Of a DNA stretch of 64,000 bases, positions 1 through 13,164 are shown piece by piece (positions within the stretch are counted from its first letter, which is position 1; each line of letters starts with the position of its first letter). The notes under the pieces were generated by a model, which did no database searches, was not told where the DNA came from, and saw only the letters and a list, made by a program, of their open reading frames with translations. The stretch is from Octopus bimaculoides (lineage: Eukaryota). The translations under genes were made by a program, and so were the position numbers. The stretch covers positions 11,369,988 through 11,433,987 of the forward strand of contig NC_068981.1 of assembly GCF_001194135.2 (NCBI RefSeq), written 5' to 3'.

Positions 1-1025
1 TCCCTTGGATTCTGGACTGGCATTGCTGGAACACTCTTGAACAGTGGTAAAACTCTTCACAGCATATTCAAGCTTCCAGTTCCTTTGAGTAAAACAAGTG
101 TGTGCAATGTTCCACCAAATTCTGATCAAGGAAACATTCTTAGTCGAGCAAAAGTCTGTATTATTGACGAAGCTTCAATGATACTAATTTATGCTTTGAA
201 TGCTATAGATAATTGTTTACATATATTATCAATTGTAATATTATATTTGGTGGGAAAATTATCGTACAAGGAGATTTTAGATAAGTTCTTCCAGTTTATT
301 CCCAGAGCTCCTCCTGTAGCTGTACTTGATTTCTGCCTCAAACGCTCCTATATGTGGAATAATTTTCATCAAATGCAATTAATACAAAACATGAGAACAA
401 ATGAAAAAGAACAAGAATTTCGAGGTGGCTACTGCAACTAGGAAGTGGATTTCTTCAAATCTCTCTTGATAATCTCGCTGAAGATACTATTGATAGTCCT
501 GAGGCATGCATATCTAACAATTCTTTGGCATTTGATATATTTGACAATTGTACAGCAGAAGAAGAGAAATATAGAGTGATCTTATCCCCTAAAAATTCGG
601 ACTGCTTAGCAGTAAATGAAGAAATTTTAAGTAGATAGCCAACTGAAACTAAGACATATCTAAGCACCGACGTAGTAGAATCTATAGTGAAGAAGAAGCC
701 CAGAATTATCCCATGGAGTTTATAAACGGTCTTACACTTTCTGGAATGCCTCCCCATTACACTTCTTAGAAACCTCTCTATAACGCAAGGTCTATGCAAT
801 GGAACTCGCTTGGAAATACTTCAGCTCCACAAGCATAGCATCGAAGCGCCAATTATAAGTGGATCTTATTCTCACATGATAGTACTGATTCCAAGAATAC
901 AACTGACTCCAAGCGATGAAAACATTCCATTCGCTCTGCATCAGACCCATTTCCTGGTTTGTTTGTCCTATTCTACGACAATCAATGAAGCGCAGGGGAA
1001 AACATATGATGGAGTTGGAATACAC
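1..1025 (+). mobile_element. Helitron Rep/Hel remnant (Pif1-type helicase portion), frameshifted and degraded
   Basis: Frame 1 from base 1 reads WTGIAGTLLNSGKTLHSIFKLPVP...IIDEASMI. Later frames give PMEFINGLTLSGMPPH, QGLCNGTRLEILQLHKHSIEA, LIPRIQLTPSD and STTINEAQGKTYDGVGI, which are Helitron/Pif1 helicase motifs in the expected order. It ends at a (TCTA)n tract. Confidence 0.85.
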
Positions 1026-1026
1026 T

Positions 1027-1143
<117 letters not shown>

Positions 1144-2104
1144 TACATACTTCACTCATGGCCAGCTTTACGTAGCTTTTTCAAGAGAAAGGGTGATGAA
1201 CAGTGTGAGGGTTAAAGTGATACCTCAAAACGAATCCACTCATGGTCGCAGAAGGGTATCACCTACACTAGAAACATTGTACATAGGGAAGTGTTGTTAT
1301 GGCTGTATTTACCATATACTTTCACACAATAACTTAATATATACTTATTAATAAATATAACATAAAGGGTAATAAAATTTTTCATTAACCAAAATAGTGC
1401 AAATTAAACAATTTCGATTAAATGATAACTACATACTAGACGATATTTAAACTTTCCATAAATTTGTTCAAGTAGAGAACATTATACATGCTGACCATGA
1501 AATCATTAATGATATACTATATAATGCAGTAAAGAGATACAATACATGAAACTGCGGCATCGATGACATTCCTAATAACATGGTTTCCATAATTTTCGCA
1601 GTCATGCATTAACTCAGAACAAAATACTTTTCACAACCTTGCATCACCTTTCCTAACATATTTTTGTGTTCTGTATTTTTCTCTATCTATGCAGTACTAC
1701 CATATATCATTCTCACAAATAAGAAACTAATAGAAATGAATTCTTCTTATGTTTTTTCTCAGTTACGTTTGCTTGATTGTTGTCACCTCGGGTATTGAAA
1801 AAGAAGAGAGTATAAGAAGTTCACATTTTTTTTATCAACGATTACGTGGCATATAAAAGTGTCACATCATTGTTAATCGAAAATTTACATTCTAAGAAAG
1901 TTATTTAGATAGATTAAAGAATTAATTACTCGGAGGAATTATGAAAGTTATCTCCAGTAACGCAAAACAAAGAAATAACCAAATATCGACTTACAGAGAA
2001 AAATGGTGTTTATTTTATATAATAGTCTTAAGAGCTCCTGGTTTAGAAAAAGTTCATGTAACCAACTCAATATGTTGAAAACAAAAAGTTATAATATACT
2101 GAAT

Positions 2105-2237
2105 TGAAATTTTGGCGCGACGCCATCAATTTCGAGTGAAGGTATAAGTCGATTATATCGAACCCTGGACTAAACTGGAACTTATTTTATCGACCCTGAA
2201 AGGATTAAAGGCAAAATCAACCCCGGCGGCATTTGAT
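2105..2237 (-). mobile_element. SINE family A (tRNA-derived), partial copy
   Basis: Matches the reverse complement of the in-window consensus ...CCTTTCGGGGTCGATAAAATAAGTACCAG...GCCTTGTGCCAAAATTTGAA seen at 51491, 57517 and 63656. Confidence 0.7.
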
Positions 2238-2599
2238 ATGTATAAGCATGTGTGTGTGTAATTGCGCATGTGTTTCCGATAGGTGCCTATAGTAACGTTT
2301 GCCCACTATTCAAAAGAATTAACATTTAAATAACATACACACACCTACACGAATATATATATCTAAAGGGAGGGAGAAAGAGAGTGGGAGACAGAGGGAA
2401 AGAGAATGAGAAAGAGAAAGAGAGAGATATAGATAGCTTGATAGAAAAGTAGATAGACAGATGATCAAATGTTGTACAGAAACAACCAACGTATCTATAG
2501 GAAGATCGACATCTGATAAACATGGCTGTCACTTAAATTCATTAACAAATTTATCGAGAAACCCCAATCTCGATTAGATTGTAACTCAGGGTTTGGGTA

Positions 2600-3450
2600 C
2601 CAGAGTAAATAAAGTAAAATTTTAACGTTTTCTCTCAGCATCCTCCATCATCCCATTCTTCTTGCAAGTATAAGATTTATTTATGCTCATAAAGAACTAT
2701 ATTTCTGGAAGCAGATCACAATTGATATGAGTAAATATGTTGCCTGCTGGGAATAGTTCATATACTCTATGATTCGGCGTTATTGATGTCAATGTTGACT
2801 TTGTTACAATCACTAAATTGGACTTAGTGAAAAATCGAAATGTCCCGTTAGTCATGGCTGTCAGATTGGACAGATTTGAAGTCGTATAAGCCTTGATATA
2901 TTTTGCACACATCTTATGTGGGCACTCAGCTTACACCGTACTTACCTGTCTCTTCTAATTCAGTCCAATAATCAATAAAACATATAATACATTTATCGAA
3001 AGGATAAACGTTTTGTTGTTGCAATGTGTTCATTTATAATTTTATGGGTTGCACTCATTTCCATGGATGTTAAAATAATAACAGCTGTGACTCATCTGGA
3101 TACTTTAATGAAATTTCTATCTTGGACAACGGCAATCTTGGACAGTCATTGCTTTAATTCGTCGTTTTAGAGAGTATTATAGGACAAAAATTCTACATAT
3201 TTAGCAAAATCAACAGCTTTAATATAAAAGCATGCAACGATCCAAGTTGTTCGTGCTGACACTCAGATATTTATCTCATTTGATACCATTAGTGATAGAG
3301 CGTCACTAATATCAGGTCTTTTATTGTTACGAGTGTTTTCTAAGGACACTACTATTGTACGTTTGCTACAAGTATAGCTGTACATTGAAACATTTCACTA
3401 GTGTTCCATTGTCGATTCGAAAATGATTAAGTAAAACAAAAAATGTTTTT
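2600..3450 (-). mobile_element. Highly degraded Penelope-like RT remnant (tentative)
   Basis: Minus-strand fragments KCIICFIDYWTELEE (cf. RYLDDCFIFW) and ISIF..CNKVNIDI (cf. LPFLD..KIETDIY) appear in PLE order, with many stops. Confidence 0.35.
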
Positions 3451-3929
3451 TTTTTTATTTACTCAAAATCATGAAACAGTGGCTGCAATAAGTTATCAAA
3501 ACACTACAGAATCGGTTTTTTGTGGATGTAGAAACTCCCCTCAGTCCCACTAAATGTTATATTTCATGATGTGGTCAAAAGGACGAGAGTGAGTTTGTAA
3601 CTTTCACAGATCTCTGAGATCAGAGAGAATATCTGCAACTCTTTGATGGTGACACAAAACGCAAGAGGAATTGAAGAGTCCGAGAGTGTTTCTGACAAGA
3701 GCAATGAGAGCCGGTCCGAGCAGATGGTGGGAAGCTTGTGCTGGCATAATATTGGTGATGGAAGCAGGAGAGACGGATGATTTGGGTGTGTCTGAGTTCA
3801 AATATATGACAGAGGACAGGCTAGTTGTAGAAATGATAGTTTGGAGACGGCTTGTTCACGCATGGACCTGAAGAAGAGCTGTTTACATTGGAATCTTACA
3901 TAAATATTCCAGAATCGATATGGAAATTA

Positions 3930-4520
3930 GTAGATGATGACAGATAAAAAACGGTTTTATGTAGTTTCCTCGAGGGATTAAAAAAAAATGCAAAAATGAT
4001 AAAACATAATTATTCTATAAAAAGTTAAACCAGTGATAAAATCACCATTGGCCTGTCGGGAGCAAACGTACACTAATGTCTCTTAAAAAAGAATAAGTAG
4101 ATATGTGTCAGTCCTAAACAACAACTAAAAGGTTGTAACAGTTCACCGGAACACTGAGTCTTCTTATACATCTCACCACAAAATTAGAATAGAAATCTTT
4201 GTTTACATTAATCACTGAGGACTAGTATTTTAAAGTCGAAGCAAATGGTCATATTCTATAATTGAAGCAAACACTTAAATGGAATCAATATTTCACCTCG
4301 ATCGTAATGTTTCTTCAAAATGAAAAAAAAGGAGAGGGTGACAGTACTTCTTTTGTCATAAAATTCTTTATTGGCTGCAAGAAAATTAATGACTGGTCGC
4401 TTGAATCCGTTTTCAAAAACATTATGTACCGACGTTAATGGAGATTATTCACGTAAATAATTTCGTTGCGATTTCGAGCTTTCAGAAGTATTCCTCCTGC
4501 AATATTGTTTTCGCAACGGG
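3930..4520 (-). mobile_element. piggyBac-like transposase remnant
   Basis: Minus-strand fragments ARNRNEIIYVNNLH (cf. MSRNRFEEILRFLHF), KRPVINFL (cf. KLRPLIDYL), NITIE..LIPFK (cf. TIDE..IPFKGR) and FDFKILVLSD (cf. YGFKLWVLCD) are collinear. Confidence 0.5.
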
Positions 4521-6410
4521 AAGAAAAGCTGTCCCTTAGTTTAAAAAAAATTATAAAACTTTAAAACAACGAACCATAAAGAATTAAATTATTTTCGCCA
4601 AACTTTAATTTTCTTTCAAAAACAAATATAATCAATCTATTGTTCCATCATCAATTGAATAGGAGTAATGAACAATAAGGTCATCTGAAACATCAGAATA
4701 AGTTTGTAATTAACAATGTATTCTACAGAATTTATCTAACTTTTCTCCGTACATTTGAATTGGGCATTTGATTGCAATCGGAATTAAGACTCGAGGCAAT
4801 CGTGATTTTCTTAAATATTGTTATGCAATCTGTAAAGTGAATTTGTATGAAACTTGAACCAGTCAGCTTTTCCTGACCTCAGCATGTCGATACAATACTG
4901 CCTCATCTCAACCATTGTCCTATGTCTGCTGAGAAAATTGGTTTTTGGTCGATAATTAAGACACTGGAAGGGGATGATGATCGAGTCCTAAATATTATTG
5001 CAACTTATTCTTTCGATATCATGCAAATAATACAAATAACACGTAAGTTGGCTCCACCAGGGTTTGAACTTAGATATCAAATAGGGGAGACTAAAGAATA
5101 GGAAAAGTCTATATAACGATACAGCCGGACTTTTCCCCTCCATTGTGCACAAAATAACTATGTTGTTATATATGACATCTGAAGCAGTCTCCGTTCTTTA
5201 AATTATAAACCGAAATGAAATATAGTTTTATAACAATGCGTCAATATTTTATTACTTAGAAGAAGAAGAATAAAACATACATCTCTTTTTAAGAAATTCC
5301 ATTCCCACTGTTTGCTCGAATAACAAGAAAGAAAGACAATAAAATGTATGGAGATAAATCAATAAGAAAACACATTATTAAGTAAAGACAGAGTGATAAT
5401 TCTTTACAAAGGAAATTTTCCTGTGTAATAAAATTTTTGAACGTAGATTATTTCTTTATAATTCTGATTTTTTTTGTTGTTGCATACCCTACTTAAATTA
5501 CCATTTTTATAACTAGACGTTTTGACTAACGAAAAATTTTGGTATAAAACGAAAAACTGATATTTTTAGGAATCTTTAAAATGTCAATAGATCATTAGTA
5601 TTCTGTCTTCCTCACCGATATGAATTTCTCGGACAATGTCTGGAACATACAGAACAGAATGTCGTTGCGTGACATACTTCCATTACTCATGAATATTTCG
5701 CAGTGTACAGAAGGGAATTATCTTCAGTCAAGCAAGGGTAAAATTTCTTGTAACTAACACATAATACTTTGACAGCTAGCAGTAAGATATTTATTTTCAA
5801 TTATCTCTTGAACAACATATGTCAGTTTTTAATTTCGGTTATACCAATGTTAAATACATAAGGAATATTCGCGATATCGTGCTATATGTTGAAGCCGATC
5901 GAAGATATCGTCTATAGGAAGACCGTTGTGACTTCTTTTGGGAAAAGTTTATAACATTTAGGTCAGTTAAGTATACAGAATAAGTACCTTAGGGATCTTA
6001 GTTTCTAAAGATTAGACGGGGAGCATTTTGCATTAACGGAAAATTGATTATATGGTTTTAGGATTCTTAAAGTGGTTAGGAAATATCTGTTCCCCAAAGT
6101 CTAATCTGTTTTAATCGCTATAAGCACATTGGATACGTGGAGATATATTTCTCATTATGTTAATGACAATGATTATGTTGCAGGATGATAAATATCAAAT
6201 TGGTTATTGTTATAATTTTGAAGCTGATGGTACTGATACTACTGAGGACAAGGACTTATCATTTCCATTGCCGATTGATTTCTCCTCTTTGATGTCAGTG
6301 ACTCCATCATCAGCATCAGCACCACCTCCTCCATCACTTCATAATCTTCACCATCATACTCCCTCTAATTATCCCAATCATTTCTCAATTCTCTCGCTCT
6401 CTTTCTTTAC

Positions 6411-6522
6411 ACACATACACACACACACACACACAGACACACAGACACAGACACAGACACACACACACACAGACACACACACAGACACACACAGACACAC
6501 ACACACACACACACACACACAC
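6411..6522. repeat. (CA)n/(CACAGA)n microsatellite
   Basis: Direct reading of the sequence. Confidence 0.95.
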
Positions 6523-6960
6523 ATCTTATCAGTTTCAGTTCAAAGCTTCTGTTATGCTGGGGCACCGCCGTTTTGCTACACTGTTATTATTGATAACCTC
6601 CTCTGATATGTGGTATTTAGTGAATGAAGGATTTTGATGTCCCTGTCGTTATTTGCGCATCCTGTCGCGAGGTAAGTTCATCTGGGACTCTCGAGATCCA
6701 GTTTTATTTTGAAAATACCTGCATCCAATTTGTGTAGGCCTCTCAAGCTCTTCAAGGGAATATTAAAAAACTGTGGGCCCTTGAAACCCAGGCTATTGCA
6801 GTAAATGATCCTGAAACGCGACGACATTGCTGGAATCTTTGGCCCTGTGCAGTGGCGAGCGACCCATTCTAGCATCTGTGTGGGTTTCATTGCCAAACTT
6901 TGGCGCAATCCCTTCCAGGCTATTCGAGTATATCTCTCCCGCCTTCGCTCAGGGATATTT
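6523..6960 (-). mobile_element. CR1/L2-like LINE 3' end (RT C-terminus plus 3' UTR)
   Basis: Minus strand reads ERRRERY...KIPAMSSRFRIIYCNSLGFKGPQFFNIPLKSLRGLHKLDAGIFKIKLD, then a UTR ending GCGGTGCCCCAGCAT...GAAACTGATAAGA. Confidence 0.7.
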
Positions 6961-8199
6961 ACATATATATATATATATATATATATATCAAATAATAAGC
7001 AACACGGATTTCAAAAGTGATTGCAGTACGCACGTTTCATGCTACTTCAATTTATTTAAGTAATGTGAGCATTACCTTAAATGCAATATGAAGAGCAATC
7101 TTCAGCTGCACGAAAAAATGTAGAAAAAAAGACATATTACAAATGTGGCAACATANNNNNNNNNNNNNNNNNNNNNNNNNNNNNNNNNNNNNNNNNNNNN
7201 NNNNNNNNNNNNNNNNNNNNNNNNNNNNNNNNNNNNNNNNNNNNNNNNNNNNNNNNNNNNNNNNNNNNNNNNNNNNNNNNNNNNNNNNNNNNNNNNNNNN
7301 NNNNNNNNNNNNNNNNNNNNNNNNNNNNNNNNNNNNNNNNNNNNNNNNNNNNNNNNNNNNNNNNNNNNNNNNNNNNNNNNNNNNNNNNNNNNNNNNNNNN
7401 NNNNNNNNNNNNNNNNNNNNNNNNNNNNNNNNNNNNNNNNNNNNNNNNNNNNNNNNNNNNNNNNNNNNNNNNNNNNNNNNNNNNNNNNNNNNNNNNNNNN
7501 NNNNNNNNNNNNNNNNNNNNNNNNNNNNNNNNNNNNNNNNNNNNNNNNNNNNNNNNNNNNNNNNNNNNNNNNNNNNNNNNNNNNNNNNNNNNNNNNNNNN
7601 NNNNNNNNNNNNNNNNNNNNNNNNNNNNNNNNNNNNNNNNNNNNNNNNNNNNNNNNNNNNNNNNNNNNNNNNNNNNNNNNNNNNNNNNNNNNNNNNNNNN
7701 NNNNNNNNNNNNNNNNNNNNNNNNNNNNNNNNNNNNNNNNNNNNNNNNNNNNNNNNNNNNNNNNNNNNNNNNNNNNNNNNNNNNNNNNNNNNNNNNNNNN
7801 NNNNNNNNNNNNNNNNNNNNNNNNNNNNNNNNNNNNNNNNNNNNNNNNNNNNNNNNNNNNNNNNNNNNNNNNNNNNNNNNNNNNNNNNNNNNNNNNNTAT
7901 ATATATATATATCACCGGAAAAAGTGCGCGCGCACACACACACACACACACATATGCACATATACATATATATTGTTCCGTTCACAGAAACAGTCAGTAC
8001 TCGATCCAGTGAGAGATAAATATCATTTAATTTACTCTGCATTAATTTTTAGGCTGCTAATACTTTCTTTCCTTTGAGATATGCTGTTAGGCAGATTTCT
8101 ATAACGCGCCTAACCACGTGTCTCAATGGTAAGAAACTTTAATTAGCTCTTATTTTAATATAGCATGTACTGGTGTGTGTGTGTGTGTGTGTGTTTGTG

Positions 8200-8330
8200 A
8201 GCGTGCACGTCTGAATGTTTGTGCGTCCCGCACAACGCTTGACAACCAATTTTGTTTTCTTCATGTCACCTTAACCTATCGGTTTCTGAAAAGAGACCGA
8301 TAGAATTAATACCATACTTAATAGAATGTA
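8200..8330 (+). mobile_element. SINE family C central/3' fragment
   Basis: CGCTTGACAACC...GGTTTCTGAAAAGAGACCGATAGAAT is shared with copies at about 30100 and 55445. Confidence 0.55.
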
Positions 8331-10213
8331 CTTGTGTACACATATTCGACGACATACAATGATTGAAACAACTAATAATAATAAAAAATAGTAACGGAAC
8401 AATATTCAGAACTGGAGAAAGCAACAACCATACTAATTGTAATAGAAGATGTAGTAATGGCCAGAAAGGAAACAGAAATCAGGAGTCGTAAAACCGTGGA
8501 AAGTAAATATAAGTAAAAAGAAAGAGAAAAGAGAAAAGAACCACAACAGAAGCATTCAAACTTAAGTGACAATCAAATATATCATCGTCTATGACAAATT
8601 GAAAATAATAACGTTTAAGTTGTTTCTAATTAATATTTATGATATAAATGGTCATTAGTTTTCAAACGATTTCCAGAATAAAGACAATTTTTTTCACTGT
8701 CTAATTTTGAATAATGTGACACAAGACAGAGTTTTCTAGTGATGATAATATAATCAAATATTTAATACCGCTTAAATGAAAAATTATTCAACTGATTCAT
8801 TGAAAGAAAGATAAAGAAATTATTAAACAAATTTACCGACCAAACGATTTTTGTTAATATGTATTATGTAGTTAAGAATATATATATATATATATATGCG
8901 CTGCGCTGTAATGAGCGGCCCGTAAGCAAAGTGTATGCTTAATAGTAGGTCTCATAATCCACTTCTATATACTATGCAGGACGACGCAAGACATCAAGCC
9001 ACTGGATAGGATAGTGTGCTGTTTACGAGCCACGAAATGTTATTAATAAAGTACGTAAAACATAGATGATATTTTATGCTTTGCGAAACATACAATCGTT
9101 TCCGCAAACAGCTACAAGTTTGAGGAACATCGAGGAAATCTATTTCTTCCGAATGAGAATCCGGCAATTGTTTCTTACTTGTATACACTTTTATCTGGAA
9201 ACAAGGGTAACTTCCTTTTGGTTGCGAGACTAATCTCTGTAAGGGTAGTCGCAACAGCCATGATGTATTTCAAATGGAAATCGCCCACTAGCTGAACATG
9301 GCAGAGGTAAATACTACGTATGTTTTCGTGAATATGTTGCCTTTAATGTAGTTTATCTCTTATCATTCTCTCCAGGTGATTATGAAAAGCGTTGCTGAGA
9401 ATTAGATGGTGAAGAGAAGCAGACGATAGCAAGAACGGGGCTAATCAGCTTGCTTAGGGATGCGAAGCTGCACTAATTTTTATGGTAACGATCATGACTG
9501 CATCGTCTTCCAAAAGACATTTTCTCTGACAAGCTTCGTGTTATGTTGCACATACATATAAATCGACATATTTAAAGTCCTGCATTGAGCTTTGTCTCTC
9601 AGTGATCTAGCTTGTCTGAAAAATAAATTGGTCTTATTATATTTCCTCATTTAACAGTCACATCACGAAAAAAATTGTAGTCCTCTGTTTCAGATACAAT
9701 AGAGGATAAAAGATGATATATTTTCTCGCTGTTCCAATTTAAATTTCCATATATTGATATCAAATCATATAGCTTTAAGTTGACCTAACAGTTTATCTGT
9801 AGCAATACTGAGTAAAAGCTGTGTTAAACATATTATGGACAGCGTACGTTAGAACGTTGGTGTCATAAAAAAGACTTCATTAAAAAATTATATATTCGGA
9901 CGCTGTATGTGATTTCAAATTATTCTAGAAGTTAGAGAATAATTTATTCTTTTATTGTTTCAGGTTTAAATTTCTTCATAATTCTGAAATATCCGAGTAT
10001 TATATTCTTGGAAAACGGCCTATAAATTTTCATACATACCTTCAAGCAGTAAAAGCTATGCAGAATAAAAACTGAATATTTTATAAATATAGACAAATAT
10101 AGATAAGAGAATCAATGGAGGAGCAACTTAATTTCTATCATCCATATTAGTTGAAATCTGATACTAACGTTTTGCAGACATGATTTTTAAATGTGATATT
10201 TTATGACACGCAT

Positions 10214-10221
10214 CTATCTAT

Positions 10222-10285
<64 letters not shown>

Positions 10286-10286
10286 T
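10214..10286. repeat. (TCTA)n microsatellite
   Basis: Direct reading of the sequence. Confidence 0.95.
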
Positions 10287-10524
10287 TAGATACACAAACA
10301 CTATATTTTTATATAAATACTAATATAAATACGTGTTTGTGTGTGTNNNNNNNNNNNNNNNNNNNNNNNNNNNNNNNNNNNNATATATATGGGAGAGACG
10401 ACAAGTTTGCCTACCTTGTACAACCTGACCATGACACACAACCATGCATATGACCTGCTCACCAGAATCCTGAAGCCTTTGTTATACTATTTATATTCTT
10501 GCGTGGTTGGTAAATTTCCCGTGG

Positions 10525-10562
<38 letters not shown>

Positions 10563-10569
10563 ATACTCA

Positions 10570-11780
10570 CACGAAGGTGGTCTGAAACTATCATCGGTAA
10601 ACAACTAAGGAACGATGCTAGAGCTATGAAATCGTACATTAATTTCAGTACTCCTTATTAGCAACGGCAGTGATTCTATCGAGATAAAGGGACATCTGAC
10701 AGTTCAAAGAAGACTTCAAATGTAACTAGTACCGACTTCTTTTGAAAATGGACAAAATGTGGGATTGTAGTGTTTGTCAGGTACCTGTAGAAAAAGGGCT
10801 TCGTCCCCGCCATGACATTTACGCTGACATGTTTGCTACATTAGAAGATGACACCCTAGCTTTATTAACAAAGCAAAACTAGGCAACTGGATTTAGGAGG
10901 GAAATGGAGAGTCTTGTTGATTATCCAAAATCTGGATGTTCTTCATCTGACTGCCACTACTGAAGAAAACATTGATCGTATTGCCGCATGGTGATGAATG
11001 GCAGACAATCACGTGAAAGGGTTGAGTATATTCTGCACAATGAACTTGACATGACAATGGTTCCTGCTCGGTGGGTGCCACGTCTACCGATACCTAATTA
11101 ACTGCGCACCAGGATGAAAACAAATCACGGGAAAATCTGACATTGTTTGAGGCAGATCCAACGGGTTTCTTTCCCTGTCTCCAACCCAGGATGAGTGTTG
11201 TGTTTCTCACTTTGAGGAAGAGAAAAGAAACAATTCATGCAGTAAACATAAACCATCTCACCTGCTCCAAAGAAAGTCAAGGGAACGTGGTGGCCTCAGT
11301 TTTGGGGAAGCTAAAGGCATTGTGCTTATTGAATATCATCAAAAGTGCCACATCATTAATAGAGATGTACTATACCTACATACTGAATAAACAACCAGCA
11401 AAACCGACAAAGGGCTGTTGTTTCATCTAGACAATTGTCCAGCGCACAAATCCTAGGTTGCAATGGCTAGAATGTGATAGTGTGGCTTTGAATCTGGTGA
11501 TGATCTTGTCAGTTCTGATTTGGCCTCATCTGTTCCCCAACAGGAAAAAAAAAAGGCTGTGAATCAGTATCGCAGCCATGATGACGTCAAATCTGCTGTT
11601 GATGATTATTTTCACTTACAAGTTGGAGGAACGCTTCTTCCGAAATGGGATCCAAGCACTGCAACATAAATGGAAAACGTTTTTGCACCGCAAGTGAGAC
11701 TATGTTGAAATACAAACCTCATTTGGTCACATTTCATGGCACTGTCTTGGTCAGCTTATGAACTTTTCAACTGACTCGTA
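10570..11780 (+). mobile_element. Mariner (DD34D-type) transposon, near full length, decayed
   Basis: MDK... start at about 10747, then WVPRL, TQDECCVSHFE (first D), HLDNCPAHK (second D) and a DYVE C-terminus at about 11697. Degenerate TIRs lie at 10570 (CACGAAGGTGGTCTGAAA) and 11745-11780 (GGTCAGCTTATGAACTTTTCAACTGACTCGTA). There are multiple stops and frameshifts. Confidence 0.85.
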
Positions 11781-11831
11781 TGTATGTATGTATGTATGTA
11801 TGTATGTATGTATGTATGTATGTATGTATGT
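11780..11831. repeat. (TATG)n microsatellite at the mariner 3' TA end
   Basis: Direct reading of the sequence. Confidence 0.95.
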
Positions 11832-12835
11832 CAGGTCACTTATGAGGCTCTCATAAGTGCTACTGGTAACATGGAATTCAGTACAACCTGTTGCATGGTC
11901 GGGTTGCCCGCGAATAAATTGGCACCCCCACGAGGTTATGCTGGTGAGGAGCGTTGCTAGAAACTCAGCGGGATTAAAAACAAGATCTGTTGAAAGCTCG
12001 GATGAACCAAGTGCAGGCTCAACGGCTATCTAGCAATAGCACGGGTACGCAGAAATTCAAGAATGGTGTCCGGCGTGCTGAAAGATCACTGGCGGTGAGG
12101 TACCCTTTAGCTTCTGTTGAAGCATGTCTCTATGAGAAGGTCACTCTGATATAAAACCAGATATGCAGGGAATGGCGCTGGACATTTTGGAGGATCTTTG
12201 GTTTGTATTAGAGATCATGGCGCTCTCACATCCCTTAGCCTGCGACTCGCATTAGCACCAGACATCCTGCTGTGGCTTGTCTCTGTTTAATTCAATAAAG
12301 TGGAGAGGGTCTATGAGGTGTCGTGCAAGCTTTATTAGACCTAAATCTCTGCACAGGCATTGCTGACCTCTGCTAGATATGCCCTTTTTTACACCTATAT
12401 ATATATATATATTTTATTTTTTGTATATATGTATCTTTATTTTTAGTATATATTTATATATATTTTAGTTCGTTTTTAATTTATTTAATTTTTTATGTGG
12501 AAGTCCTGCGGCGATGGGAATGTGGTGAAGCATGCAGACCTGGGGGGTAGTCAGCAACCTGCACGCAGGCGGCCCATATAAAATCGTCTCCTTATCGCTC
12601 AAGACAGCGGAAGGTATTCGGCTGCTACATGGGTATCTGAGCAGCTCCATTTGGAGAAGGAATTGCTCACCCGGAGGCCGAGGAGGTTCTAGAAAAGGTG
12701 AACAAAAAATTGCCTGTCTTTCTATAGTTAGTTTAGCGCGACTGACGGATGTCTACTCTGCGCTCGAAAAAGAAAGACACTTTTATTTACAAAATCTTCA
12801 TGCTGGAGCGTGCGCACTCTGTGGGATAGCATGAG

Positions 12836-13006
12836 TGGTTGGAGGCCGTGGTTGAAGTCAATGGCAATTTTATTGAATAAATTTATACTTTAGTATTTCA
12901 TGATATTTTTACGTAATTTTGGTAAATATATCTGTTAAAATGAGATGTGTGTTATTTTCATTTTTGCGTTATTTTTGACAACAGTTTATTCACCACAACC
13001 TGTATA
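12836..13006 (+). mobile_element. maT/DD37D-like Tc1-mariner 3' end with TIR
   Basis: LEAVVEVNGNFIE* is a typical Tc1/maT transposase C-terminus. It is followed by a terminal sequence ending CAACCTGTATA at a gap. Confidence 0.6.
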
Positions 13007-13123
13007 NNNNNNNNNNNNNNNNNNNNNNNNNNNNNNNNNNNNNNNNNNNNNNNNNNNNNNNNNNNNNNNNNNNNNNNNNNNNNNNNNNNNNNNNNNNNNN
13101 NNNNNNNNNNNNNNNNNNNNNNN

Positions 13124-13164
<41 letters not shown>

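Noticed and set aside
1-1025. Host PIF1 helicase gene
   Set aside because: Intronless, frameshifted and stop-laden, with a second Helitron-type copy at 60678, so a Helitron origin fits better.
6157-6606. 149-aa ORF
   Set aside because: Low-complexity decayed triplet repeats plus a CA microsatellite and a LINE tail.
7052-8077. Long ORFs (200-350 aa) in the track here and at 13748-14800, 15712-16686, 22076-23002, 39108-39897 and others
   Set aside because: They are runs of X over N-gaps plus microsatellite translations (YIYI, HTHT, CVCV), not genes.
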